A stretch of 62,950 bases of DNA, counting the filler. It is 3 parts of 3 records of this genome, joined end to end, with 100 filler letters (N's around TTAATTAATTAA, not from the genome) between each part and the next. Parts side by side here need not be neighbours in the genome. Positions count along the whole stretch, not along the records: positions 1 to 28,813 come from SRR22947725_991; positions 28,914 to 41,423 come from SRR22947725_994; 1 more part is not named here. The stretch is one strand, 5' to 3'. A program made the position numbers and the translations under genes. The notes beneath the pieces were generated by a model, which saw only the letters and a list, made by a program, of their open reading frames with translations, was not told where the DNA came from and ran no database searches. Every line of letters starts with the position of its first letter. Position 1 is the first letter of the stretch. This document shows, piece after piece, positions 21,303 through 31,259 of the stretch.

Positions 21303-22682
21303 TTATTTATCCATTCTAAGTAATGAGACAAAAAAACCATCAGAACCGTTCGTGACATTACTCGATTTAAAATTTAAACTATTTGGTAGAATTCTGACAA
21401 AGCCCTCTTTTGTAACGCAATTTTCTAACATAGGGTAATCATTAGTAGTGAACGGAACAATTGAAAATTTATTTTGCTCTAATAAAAATTTTTCTATTCG
21501 GCGTTCACCTTCGATTTTTTGAAGAGAGCAGGTTATATACATAATGAATCCATTATTATTTAATATATTAGCTGCATTCTTTAAAATGTTATCTTGAATT
21601 AAAATTAAATCATCAAGGTTATTCGGTGCAGGTTTTAAAAAAATATCTGGGTTTTTTCTAATGGTTCCTGTGGCTGAACAGGGAGCATCAATTAAAATAA
21701 CATCAGGTTTAAGTTTTGGAGTATAATTTTCAGCATCAACAATCATAAGATCTGGATTAAATTTTAAACGTTTCATATTATCAATAAAAATTTTGGAACG
21801 AGATCTACTTCTTTCAATTGATGTTACATTTAATTTGTTATCTAAAAGCTGAGCAGTTTTACCTCCAGGAGCACAACATAGGTCTAAGACCCTTAAGGAA
21901 TTTAGCTTGTTCATAAAATAATATTTTAATTTTAACAATAATAAGTTACATGGAATTTGAGATGCTGCATCTTGTACCCACCATTTTCCGTCTGTGTACC
22001 CAGGTAAATTTTCTACAGGTTCATTAAGATTACATCTTAAAACGTTTGGAAAAATTTCTTCTCCTAGAAGTTGTAATTTAAATTTTTGTTTGTCAGTTGC
22101 AGTCATTCTATTTGATATTACAATATCAATTGGAGGAGGGTTCATTGCTATATTAATTATTTCTTCAACATTTTTTTCGCCATATGATGATACCCAACTC
22201 TTAAAAAGCCAATCAGGTAAATTATATTTTTCTTTAGGTAAAAGCTCAAACCATTGCTCTTCATTATTAAGCATGCTTCTTAAAAGTCCATTTACTAGTT
22301 TGGATTGGTTTTCTCCGCCGAATTTTCTTGCTTGGTTGACAGCGTCATTTAATACTGCGTATGGAGCTGTTTTAAGCCATATTAATTGGGTGGTAGCAAT
22401 AGTAAGGATACCGTTTAAATATCTGTTTCTTTTCTTAATCCCAAACTTTGAATATTTATTATAAATAAATTGTGCCTGTTTATGTCTTCGAATTGATGTG
22501 TTTAAGATTAGATAAACAAAAGACCTGTCTCGTTTATCCAATCTATTAAAATCATAAGAGTTATTAATAATGTCATCTAGTTTTTTATATTTGTAAAAAA
22601 TTAAAATCCATATTTCTAATGCAATTAATCTTGAGTTTTTAGTTGGTTTTATTTCAACATGATTAAAATTAGCTTTAGCCAA
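21303..22682 (-). CDS. rsmB: RsmB/Sun-type RNA m5C methyltransferase with NusB-like N-domain
   Basis: WWVQDAAS, DLCCAPGGKT (SAM binding), DAPCSATG and YITCSL (two catalytic Cys), DGFF. Confidence 0.88.
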   Translation of the reverse strand: MAKANFNHVEIKPTKNSRLIALEIWILIFYKYKKLDDIINNSYDFNRLDKRDRSFVYLILNTSIRRHKQAQFIYNKYSKFGIKKRNRYLNGILTIATTQLIWLKTAPYAVLNDAVNQARKFGGENQSKLVNGLLRSMLNNEEQWFELLPKEKYNLPDWLFKSWVSSYGEKNVEEIINIAMNPPPIDIVISNRMTATDKQKFKLQLLGEEIFPNVLRCNLNEPVENLPGYTDGKWWVQDAASQIPCNLLLLKLKYYFMNKLNSLRVLDLCCAPGGKTAQLLDNKLNVTSIERSRSRSKIFIDNMKRLKFNPDLMIVDAENYTPKLKPDVILIDAPCSATGTIRKNPDIFLKPAPNNLDDLILIQDNILKNAANILNNNGFIMYITCSLQKIEGERRIEKFLLEQNKFSIVPFTTNDYPMLENCVTKEGFVRILPNSLNFKSSNVTNGSDGFFVSLLRMDK

Positions 22683-22763
22683 AATTGTGACCTTGTATTT
22701 GTTTGAATAAGTATATTATATCAAGTATAATTTAATTAGTTGATAATTAGAAAGTATATACAT

Positions 22764-22949
22764 ATGGATCAAGAAATTTCAAAAATAAACACACAAAAAG
22801 AGAAAAAATATTCAAATGATGAGTCCTTAAAAGACCCCAAAACTATTAAAAGTAAAGAAATCATTTTTAAAGAGCGAGGCGGACCTAAGGGCCTTGAACC
22901 TACCAGGTATGGAGATTGGGAAAAATCTGGAAGATGTTCAGATTTTTAG
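22764..22949 (+). CDS. DUF1674 (SDHAF4-like) small protein
   Basis: C-terminal ERGGPKGLEPTRYGDWEKSGRCSDF is the family signature; ATG at 22764 chosen as start. Confidence 0.9.
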   Translation: MDQEISKINTQKEKKYSNDESLKDPKTIKSKEIIFKERGGPKGLEPTRYGDWEKSGRCSDF

Positions 22950-22963
22950 TCTAATTTAAAAAA

Positions 22964-23311
22964 ATGAATGAATTAAAATCAGAAATTATAATCAAGGCTG
23001 GTATACGGACTGCAGAACAAAACTTTTCTAATGCTTATATTACCAAGAGAGGTGACAGTGATGCAGGGGCAATATTTGTTAAAATTGATACTTTAGATGG
23101 ATATGCCAAACTTTATTCAAGAAATCTTGTATATGATTTTGATAAAAACAAGGATTTAATTCGATTTGAAGATTTATACCCAAATAAAAAGATAGGGATA
23201 GAAGATATTGACTCAAGGATTACTAAAGAAATTTCAATTGATAGAGATTGTTGGATCGTAGAAATTGAAGATAAAAATGGTTTTAATCCTTTTCATAATT
23301 TAGACGGTTAG
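22964..23311 (+). CDS. DUF1491 family protein
   Basis: LKSEI, KRGD.DAGAIFVK and D.DCWIVEIED motifs. Confidence 0.85.
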   Translation: MNELKSEIIIKAGIRTAEQNFSNAYITKRGDSDAGAIFVKIDTLDGYAKLYSRNLVYDFDKNKDLIRFEDLYPNKKIGIEDIDSRITKEISIDRDCWIVEIEDKNGFNPFHNLDG

Positions 23312-24316
23312 CCTATCTATAAGTTCGTTTCGGTTATACAATCCTAAATAATTAGCTTTCAATTTTAGTATACCATTAACATGTTTTAACATAGGTGTAG
23401 GAATATCAAGTTTAGTTCCAATCTCAATTATTGCACTCATTATAGGATCAATTTCAAGAGGTCTTTTTAACTCAATGTCTTGTCTTGTAGAAGGCTTGTG
23501 GCCAATAATTGAAGCTGCTCCGTTGATCCTATTTTCAATTGATATATTAAATTTTGCTCCAACTGCCTCTCCTACTTTTTGGCATTCTTCCATTAGATTT
23601 TGAATTAAAAGTCTTGAGCTTGGGTCATTTCCTAAAATGTCTAGACTTGCACCAGTTATGGCGCTTAATGGATTGAAAGAGCAATTTCCCCATAACTTAA
23701 TCCAAATTTCGTCTCTTAACTGTTTTTTTTGAGGTGCTTTTAACCCTCCACTGATAAGTAAGCAAGATAAGGTTTTTAATCTTTCAGAATTTACTTCGCT
23801 AGGTTCACCAAGACTAAATCGATTGCCTTCGATATGTTTTATAACACCTGGTTTTTCAATCTCACAAGCTGGATAAACCACACAACCTATGGCACGTTTA
23901 GGATTAATTGTATCCCAGATAAGACCATTTGGATCAACTGAGTCTATATGAGTATTTTCTAACTTTGTGCCTGAATTGGCTTTGTAAAAATACCACCAAG
24001 GAATACCATTGACTGCGGATATAACTGCTGTTTTTTCCTTTAAAAGGGGTTTTAAATTTTTGACAATACCGGTTATCGCATGTGCTTTAACAGCAATTAT
24101 TATATAATCTTGTGTGGGTAATTCACCTGGGTTTTCAGTCACTTTTAGGTGAAATGTTTCAGAACCAGTTTTAGAGATCAAAGTTAGTCCATTTTTTTCA
24201 ATGGCCTCTTTATGAGGTCCTCTTGCAATTAAAGAAACATTGGCGCCTGCTTTGCTTAGACAACAGCCAAGATATCCTCCAATAGCTCCAGCACCATAAA
24301 CACATATATTAATCAT
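23300..24316 (-). CDS. Ketopantoate reductase-family oxidoreductase, probably PanE2-type oxalyl-CoA reductase
   Basis: GAGAIGG Rossmann motif, NGIPWWYF, GCVVYPA, IWIKLWGN, STRQD...LEID; 10 nt downstream of an oxalate-CoA-ligase-like gene. Confidence 0.75.
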   Translation of the reverse strand: MINICVYGAGAIGGYLGCCLSKAGANVSLIARGPHKEAIEKNGLTLISKTGSETFHLKVTENPGELPTQDYIIIAVKAHAITGIVKNLKPLLKEKTAVISAVNGIPWWYFYKANSGTKLENTHIDSVDPNGLIWDTINPKRAIGCVVYPACEIEKPGVIKHIEGNRFSLGEPSEVNSERLKTLSCLLISGGLKAPQKKQLRDEIWIKLWGNCSFNPLSAITGASLDILGNDPSSRLLIQNLMEECQKVGEAVGAKFNISIENRINGAASIIGHKPSTRQDIELKRPLEIDPIMSAIIEIGTKLDIPTPMLKHVNGILKLKANYLGLYNRNELIDRLTV

Positions 24317-24325
24317 TTTAAATCC

Positions 24326-25846
24326 CTATTCTAAACCTAGTTTGTCAGCCAATCCAATCCGCTGTAACTTACCAGTAGCTCCTTTTGGTATTTCATCTAA
24401 AAAGCAAATATATTTTGGGATTTTGAAATCGGCAAGGTGTTGACGCGCATATTCTTTTAATTCTTTTTCTGTGCATTGAAAACCATTTTTTAGGACTAAT
24501 GCGACACCTATAGCTTCACCAAGCAACTTATCTTTAACTCCAAAAGTTACTACTTGTTCAATAGCGTCATGTTCCATGAGAATATTGTCAATTTCTAGTG
24601 GTGATACTTTTTCCCCACCACGATTAATGATTTCTTTTAACCGACCAGAAATTTTCAGATAGCCGTCTTTATCAAAAAAACCTTGATCTCCAGTTCGAAA
24701 CCAGCCATCAGTAAATGATGACTTATTAGCTTCTTCATTATCTTCATAACCAAGCATTACATTATCTCCGCGTATACAAACTTCTCCTTCTGAACCAGAT
24801 TTGAGTTTATTTCCGTCTATGTCCATTATACAAACGTCAGGGCCAGCAGGTTTACCTACGAAACCAGCTTTTTGAATTTCAGGAGGAATAGGGTTTGATG
24901 TCATTTGATGAGTTGCCTCTGTCATGCCATAAGCCTCAATTACAGGCGTTTTAAAAACTTCTATAAGTTCTTCAAAAACAGCAGGTGGAAGAGAAGCTGA
25001 CGAAGACCTTATAAATCTTAGTGATAGATTCTTAGCCTGTTCCATATTTTTTTTTGCACGCATTAATATTCCTTGATGCATTGTAGGAACGCCAGAGTAC
25101 CAAGATATATTTTCTTTTTTAGCTTTGTCTAAAAAGCTCAGAGCATTAAATCCAACACTAGTGTAAACAGATGCACCAGCGTACATTGATGAACTTAAAA
25201 TTGCTATAAGACCATGAATATGAAAAAGAGGCATGATATTATAACAATGGTCGTTAGAAGTTAAATTTAATGTTTCTGCTATATTCATTGCCGATGAATA
25301 TATATTTTTATTTGTAAGAGGAACAACTTTTGGCCTAGATGTTGTTCCTGATGTATGAAGAACTAATGCCTCGTCTTCTTCTTCTGATACCTCAAAACTT
25401 TTTGTAGAATTATATAAATTAAAAATTCCAGCTGGTGCTGCTTCGTTCCTTTTAATTTCACATATTTCTATTCCCAATTTATTTGCTGCTGCAACAACTG
25501 GATTAGAGCTATCTTTTTCTACTATAACAATTTTAGGTTTTAGATCTTCTAAATAGAACTCATATTCATTAAGTTTGTAAGATGGATTTAACGGAGCAGC
25601 AGACATATAACTTGAAACAGCTAAAAAGGCAGTTGCCATTTCTGGACCATTAGGTAAAACTATTGCTGCTCTATCTGTTTTAAGCACTCCATTTCCTGAT
25701 AATTGACTAGAAATATTATAAACATGTTTTTTTAATTCTGAAAATTTTATGGGTTGATTGTCATCTGAAGTAATAGCAATATCATCATCTTTATTATTAT
25801 TTATTAAGTCACGTAAAGTTTTCTTCATTTTAAAAAAGCCCAACAT
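24326..25846 (-). CDS. Acyl-CoA synthetase of the oxalate-CoA ligase (AAE3/Pcs60/Oxs) type
   Basis: LHTSGTTSRPK.VPLT, PLFHIHGL, WYSGVPTMHQ, LRFIRSSSASL, EAYGMTEATHQMTSNP, ATGKLQR; start could instead be the ATG at 25828. Confidence 0.78.
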   Translation of the reverse strand: MLGFFKMKKTLRDLINNNKDDDIAITSDDNQPIKFSELKKHVYNISSQLSGNGVLKTDRAAIVLPNGPEMATAFLAVSSYMSAAPLNPSYKLNEYEFYLEDLKPKIVIVEKDSSNPVVAAANKLGIEICEIKRNEAAPAGIFNLYNSTKSFEVSEEEDEALVLHTSGTTSRPKVVPLTNKNIYSSAMNIAETLNLTSNDHCYNIMPLFHIHGLIAILSSSMYAGASVYTSVGFNALSFLDKAKKENISWYSGVPTMHQGILMRAKKNMEQAKNLSLRFIRSSSASLPPAVFEELIEVFKTPVIEAYGMTEATHQMTSNPIPPEIQKAGFVGKPAGPDVCIMDIDGNKLKSGSEGEVCIRGDNVMLGYEDNEEANKSSFTDGWFRTGDQGFFDKDGYLKISGRLKEIINRGGEKVSPLEIDNILMEHDAIEQVVTFGVKDKLLGEAIGVALVLKNGFQCTEKELKEYARQHLADFKIPKYICFLDEIPKGATGKLQRIGLADKLGLE

Positions 25847-25983
25847 TTCAATTTAAAATTAAATTTAACAACTAAAATATTTAAAGTGCAAATTAAATTA
25901 TATCTAAAAATATTTATTAAATAGACTTAAAAAGAAAAGAGGCTATACAGTCCTATTGCTTATTAATTTTTAGAGATTTTGAT

Positions 25984-26817
25984 ATGTTTAATGATATGCT
26001 TTTATCAGAATTACTTATTTACTTGGTGGGTCTAATCAGCACTGGTATTGTAGCAGGATTAATTGCAGGCCTATTTGGTGTAGGTGGTGGTATTGTAATT
26101 GTTCCTATTTTATTTTGGATATTTACTTCTTTAAATTTTCCAGATGAAATATTAATGCATATGGCCATTGGTTCATCTTTAATCACAATTATTCCCACTT
26201 CGATTGCTTCAGCCAGAGCACACTATAATAGGGGATCAATAGATATTGACGTATTAAAAAAATGGGGGTTTGGAATATTTTTAGGAGCTCTTTTAGGAGG
26301 TTTTTCAGGAAAATTTTTTAGTGCAAATGAACTCAAATATGTGTTTGCATTTATTGCATTTATTGTTGCTTTAAACATGTTCTTAAAAAATCCTTTGATA
26401 TTGAGTAATAGACTGCCTAAATCAAAAATTATTAATACGTTCATATCTTATATTATTGGATTTATGTCATCTTTAATGGGTGTCGGAGCAGGAACTATAG
26501 GGGTTCCTTCTTTAGTTGCGTTGTCTATTCCAATACATAGGGCTATTGGGACAGCTGCTGCGCTAGGTTTGTTTATATCTATCCCAGCCACTTTCGGTTT
26601 AGCCTTCTCGGGTTTCGATGTACCTAATAGACCTCCAATGAGTATAGGTTACGTCAATTTAATAGCATTTTTAATAATGTTTCCCTTAACTGTCTTTTTT
26701 GCGCCACTAGGTGTAAAAATTGCTCATCTTATAAATCAGAGAACGTTAAAAATTATCTTTGGTATTTTCTTAATAATCACATCAACAAAAATGTTAATAT
26801 CAATATTGTTTCAATAA
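25984..26817 (+). CDS. TauE/SafE (TSUP) family permease
   Basis: GLFGVGGGIVIVP and GVGAGTIGVP repeated motifs, about 8 TM helices, AIGTAA. Confidence 0.88.
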   Translation: MFNDMLLSELLIYLVGLISTGIVAGLIAGLFGVGGGIVIVPILFWIFTSLNFPDEILMHMAIGSSLITIIPTSIASARAHYNRGSIDIDVLKKWGFGIFLGALLGGFSGKFFSANELKYVFAFIAFIVALNMFLKNPLILSNRLPKSKIINTFISYIIGFMSSLMGVGAGTIGVPSLVALSIPIHRAIGTAAALGLFISIPATFGLAFSGFDVPNRPPMSIGYVNLIAFLIMFPLTVFFAPLGVKIAHLINQRTLKIIFGIFLIITSTKMLISILFQ

Positions 26818-28302
26818 AAATTTTGAAGCTGGCGTAAGTTCTTCATCTTCTTTGTTGTTTTCAATTTTTAATGCTAGTTTTTTTCCAATTTCTACCCCCC
26901 ATTGATCAAAGCTATTTATGTTCCATATAAAACCTGACGCTATTGTTATATTTTCGTAAAGAGCTATTAGTTTGCCAATTGAAAAAGGATTGTTTTTTTG
27001 CCAACTTATAATTGTTGAAGGTCGTCCCCCGAGAAAGTTTTTGTTTTTGTTGATTAGGTTGAAGCTTCCTTTAGCTAGAGTGTCAGCTTGAGCTAATGCA
27101 TTTGTTATTAAATACCTGTGGTTTTTAATTTTTTCTTTGGTCGTTTGTTTATTTGAGTTTTGAAGTGGGAGTAAAATATCTAGGGGTATGATTTCTAAAC
27201 CCTGATGAAGAAATTGAAAAAAACTATGCTGAGCGGTAGTTCCAACCTCACCCCAAATTAGAGGACTTGCAGCCATTATTAATTCTTCACCTTCAATATC
27301 AACCCCTTTTCCATTACTTTCCATCTCTAATTGTTGAGCCCACGAAGGTAGTTTTGCAAGCCTGTTGCTGTATGGAACAATACAATGACTGTTGCGGTTA
27401 AGAAAATTTCGATTCCAAACCCGCAATAAGGCTAAAATAATCGGAATATTGTTTTCTATATCTTCATTAATGAAGTGTTCATCCATCATTCTAGCGCCAT
27501 ATAAAAAATCTTTAAAATTATTCTCTCCAATGCTTAACATGATTGGCATGGCTACTGATGACCATAAAGAATATCTCCCTCCAATATTTTCAGAAAAATA
27601 GAATATATTTTCATTGTTAAAGCCCCATTTAATTGCCTTATCAATAGAGGATGTTATTGCTACCATTGAATCGTTTATTGTTTTGTTTGCTACGGACAGC
27701 CAATTTTTAGCGACTTTAGCGTTTTCTAATGTTTCTAAAGTACCAAAACTCTTAGATGTTATTATAAACAGAGTTTTTAAAGGATTACATTTTTCTAGAA
27801 CATCGCTTATATTGGTTGGATCAATATTCGAAACATAAAAAATTTCAGGTCCTTGATGAAAATCTTTTAATGCTTGATTAATCATCATTGGACCCAAGTC
27901 TGATCCGCCAATACCAACATTAACAATGTATTCAAATTTTTTTGAGGTTAAAATACTATTTGTAAACGTAACTAGCTTCTCCCATTCTTGTGTATTAAAC
28001 CTTTCAACTTTTCGAAGGTTCAAATGGTCTACAGATCTATTTTCTGAAAAATTTATTTTTGAACCTGAGTTCATTGCCTTTATTTTTTCTTTTATATTAG
28101 ATTTTTTAGCAAGTTTTATCAGGTCATCTTTGATTTCTTTGTCTAGTGATTGTCTGGTAATATCAACATTTAGATCGCCAAGATTAAATTGAAAATCATT
28201 TAACCGGTCTTCGTCTGAAAGTAATTTATTAATGTTTTTAAAATCTTTATATTTTAGTTTTTCATTCAGAGTTTTTGTGATTGGGTTTTTAGCTAATTGC
28301 AT
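26800..28302 (-). CDS. pgi: Glucose-6-phosphate isomerase
   Basis: GIGGSDLGP, SKSF.T.ET, GGRYSLWS, QQLEMESNGK, QHSFFQ, FDQWGVEIGK. Confidence 0.95.
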   Translation of the reverse strand: MQLAKNPITKTLNEKLKYKDFKNINKLLSDEDRLNDFQFNLGDLNVDITRQSLDKEIKDDLIKLAKKSNIKEKIKAMNSGSKINFSENRSVDHLNLRKVERFNTQEWEKLVTFTNSILTSKKFEYIVNVGIGGSDLGPMMINQALKDFHQGPEIFYVSNIDPTNISDVLEKCNPLKTLFIITSKSFGTLETLENAKVAKNWLSVANKTINDSMVAITSSIDKAIKWGFNNENIFYFSENIGGRYSLWSSVAMPIMLSIGENNFKDFLYGARMMDEHFINEDIENNIPIILALLRVWNRNFLNRNSHCIVPYSNRLAKLPSWAQQLEMESNGKGVDIEGEELIMAASPLIWGEVGTTAQHSFFQFLHQGLEIIPLDILLPLQNSNKQTTKEKIKNHRYLITNALAQADTLAKGSFNLINKNKNFLGGRPSTIISWQKNNPFSIGKLIALYENITIASGFIWNINSFDQWGVEIGKKLALKIENNKEDEELTPASKFLLKQY

Positions 28303-28390
28303 ATTTTTATTAATACTTGTTGTTTAATCTGTTATTACATTGATAAAAATTTATACCATAATTATATGATAAATAGGATACAAAATCGTC

Positions 28391-28813
28391 ATGAGCTTTA
28401 AATCAATAAATATTTTTTTTAATTTTTTAATTTTTGTATTCATGACTTCTCCAAGTACCGCAAGTTCTATAAAATTTAATGGTCTTGTCCTTTCTAATTT
28501 TTGGATTAAGGAAACAATTGGAAATCACAAAATAACTTCAGGTTACTTAACTATTGAAAATAAGAATAATTTTGATGAATATTTAGAGTCAGTAGCTTCT
28601 GAAATATCAGAGAAAACTCAATTACATAATATGGTTGTTAAAAATGATATTATGAAGATGGAAAATCTTAATAACGGAATAGTTATTAAAGCTAAATCTA
28701 AAATAGATTTAAAACCTGGAAATTACCATATTATGTTCATGAAATTACACAATCCTCTGAAAATTAACAATAAATATAAAGTAACTTTAAAGTTTAAAAA
28801 TGCTGGCGCTGTT
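28391..28813 (+). CDS. Copper chaperone PCu(A)C, 3' end truncated at contig end
   Basis: Signal peptide; copper ligands in QLHNM...MKM...PGNYHIMF; runs into the N spacer. Confidence 0.85.
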
Positions 28814-28913
28814 NNNNNNNNNNNNNNNNNNNNNNNNNNNNNNNNNNNNNNNNNNNNTTAATTAATTAANNNNNNNNNNNNNNNNNNNNNNNNNNNNNNN
28901 NNNNNNNNNNNNN
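28814..28913. other. Artificial contig-joining spacer
   Basis: 44 N + TTAATTAATTAA (stops in all six frames) + 44 N; genes on both sides are truncated and base composition jumps across it. Confidence 0.97.
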
Positions 28914-31241
28914 CGGACATTCCAGCAGGCGCAAGGCTGGTCACGGGTCAATGGCGAAAAGGCCATTGTTCTTGATGTTCGCAAACGGGTGGGGTCTAAC
29001 GTCATTGAAGTGGTTGAGGCGGCGCGTGCGATAATCGATGCTGCTGCCCCACAAATTAGCCCCGAAGTCAAAGTCAGCTATTTGTTTGATGATTCAAAAC
29101 AGGTTCGCAATCTGCTTCGCGACCTTGGAAATAATGTTGGTGCAGCGGTCATCATCGTGATGGTTGTTGTGCTTGCCACTTTGGGGCTTCGTAATGCAAC
29201 CCTTGTTGGTCTTGCCATTCCCGGGTCGTTCTTTGTTGGCATCACGGCGCTAAATGCGCTTGGCATCACGATGAATATCGTCGTTTTATTTTCGCTGATT
29301 CTTGTTGCTGGAATGCTCGTTGATGGGGTGATTGTCACCACCGAATATGCTGACCGGCAAATCGCCATGGGGAAAAACCGGCGCGAGGCCTATAAGCTTG
29401 GCGCGCAACGCATGGCATGGCCGATTATTTCATCAACGATCACCACCTTGATGGTGTTTATGCCGCTTTTATTCTGGCCAGGCATTGTTGGGCAATTCAT
29501 GCAATATCTGCCAATGACGGTGATTGCAGTGCTGACCGCATCATTGCTGATGGCGCTAATTTTCATTCCGGTACTTGGTGGTTTTATTGGCAAAAAGCGC
29601 ATTGATTTAACTGCGATTTCAGCAACGGCACCGCGATTTTATCGGGCAGTTTTGAAATTTGCTATCCACCGGCCAGCCATCGTGATGGTCAGTGTTGTTG
29701 GGTTTATGGTTGTGTCTTTTTATGGTTATGCTTCAGCTGGTCTTGGTGTGTCTTTCTTTCCTGATATCGAGCCGGATCAAGCACAAGTGCAAGTGCTGGC
29801 GCGCGGCGATCTGTCAGCCAAAGAACGTGATAAGCTGGTTAAAACTGCTGAAGACAGCATTTTGGCGCAACCCGGGATTCGTGATTTCTATGGTAAATCT
29901 TTCCGGTCGGGCGGCGCTGGTAATCAGGCACCGCGTGATTCGGTTGGCACGATCCGTACCGTTTTCGCCGATTGGCAAGAGCGTGACAAGGCTGAGGTAT
30001 TGATTGATCAGATGCGGGCGCGTGTTACCGCGCTTGCCGGTGCCAATTATAATATCCAAAAACAGCAGCAAGGCCCAGGGTCATCCCAGCCAATCCGTAT
30101 TGATATTGTTGGCATTTCGCTTGATGAGATTGGCACGGCGACAAGCGACATGATTACCAGAATGAATAAAATCGGTGGTTTCATTGATGTGACTGACAGT
30201 CGTCCTTTGCCCGGAACCGAATGGTCGCTTGTCACTGATCGCGACGCCGCCAGCCGTCATGGTGTTTCAATTTCTGGCCTTGGCATGATGATTAAAATGC
30301 TGACCCGCGGCATGCGCATTTCAGATTACCGGCCAGATGATTCAGAAGGCGAGCTGGATGTCGTCATGCGCTTTATGGGCGACCAGCGCAACCTTGACCG
30401 GCTAAAAGAATTGCGCGTGCCAACAATTGATGGATCTTATGTGCCGCTTTCGGTTTTTGCCAGCCTCGAACCACGCATCAAAGGCGGTGATATCGAACGC
30501 AAAGATGGCCAACGTTACATGTATATCAAATCAAACGTCAAAACTGGCTTGTTGCCAGCCGACATGTTCGAAAAATTGCGCCAGTCTTTGGCGGAGAATC
30601 CGATCAAGGGTAGGGTTGATATCCAATTTGGTGGCGAGGGTGAAGATATTGCCGAAACCCGGAACTTTCTTGGCAAGGCATTTGGCATTTCACTGTTATT
30701 GATGGTGATCGTGCTGATGGTTCAGTTTAATTCGGGCTGGCAGGCGATTGTCACAATGTCGGCAATCATCTTATCGACAGGCGGGGTGTTCTTGGGGCTG
30801 TGGATTAGTGGCCGCCCCTTTGGCATTGTCATGTCGGGTCTTGGCGTGATCGCGCTTGCCGGTATTGTGGTGAATAATAATATTGTTTTGATCGATACGT
30901 TTAATGAATATCGCAAACGTGGCTATTCTCCTGCTGAGTCGGCATTTCGGTCAGGGCTGGTTCGTTTCCGGCCAGTTATTTTGACCGCGATTACGACAAT
31001 TCTCGGTTTGATTCCGATGGTGTTTGAAATGACCATTATTTTGGTTGATAGGGAAATTCTGATTGGAGCGCCATCATCACAATGGTGGACACAGCTTTCA
31101 AGCACGATTGCTGGCGGCCTGACCTTTGCCACCATGCTCACTTTGGTGGCAACGCCGGCAATGCTGGTTCTTGGTGCAAAGTTGCCAGTTCTACTTGGCA
31201 ATGGCGCACGCTTTTTCCAGCGTCAGCCGAAATCGGCATAA
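28914..31241 (+). CDS. RND (AcrB/AcrD/AcrF family) efflux permease, 5' truncated
   Basis: Frame is open from the contig start. GMLVDGVIVTTE (TM4), SSTITT, GIVVNNNIVLID (TM10), RFRPVILTAITT (TM11). Confidence 0.92.
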   Translation, partial: RTFQQAQGWSRVNGEKAIVLDVRKRVGSNVIEVVEAARAIIDAAAPQISPEVKVSYLFDDSKQVRNLLRDLGNNVGAAVIIVMVVVLATLGLRNATLVGLAIPGSFFVGITALNALGITMNIVVLFSLILVAGMLVDGVIVTTEYADRQIAMGKNRREAYKLGAQRMAWPIISSTITTLMVFMPLLFWPGIVGQFMQYLPMTVIAVLTASLLMALIFIPVLGGFIGKKRIDLTAISATAPRFYRAVLKFAIHRPAIVMVSVVGFMVVSFYGYASAGLGVSFFPDIEPDQAQVQVLARGDLSAKERDKLVKTAEDSILAQPGIRDFYGKSFRSGGAGNQAPRDSVGTIRTVFADWQERDKAEVLIDQMRARVTALAGANYNIQKQQQGPGSSQPIRIDIVGISLDEIGTATSDMITRMNKIGGFIDVTDSRPLPGTEWSLVTDRDAASRHGVSISGLGMMIKMLTRGMRISDYRPDDSEGELDVVMRFMGDQRNLDRLKELRVPTIDGSYVPLSVFASLEPRIKGGDIERKDGQRYMYIKSNVKTGLLPADMFEKLRQSLAENPIKGRVDIQFGGEGEDIAETRNFLGKAFGISLLLMVIVLMVQFNSGWQAIVTMSAIILSTGGVFLGLWISGRPFGIVMSGLGVIALAGIVVNNNIVLIDTFNEYRKRGYSPAESAFRSGLVRFRPVILTAITTILGLIPMVFEMTIILVDREILIGAPSSQWWTQLSSTIAGGLTFATMLTLVATPAMLVLGAKLPVLLGNGARFFQRQPKSA

Positions 31242-31259
31242 ATCTGCTTTTGATGTGTT

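Noticed and set aside
28858-28869. TTAATTAATTAA palindrome, repeated at 41468-41479, as a biological repeat or recombination site
   Set aside because: It is centred in N runs of identical length and gives stops in all six frames, which marks it as an assembly linker.
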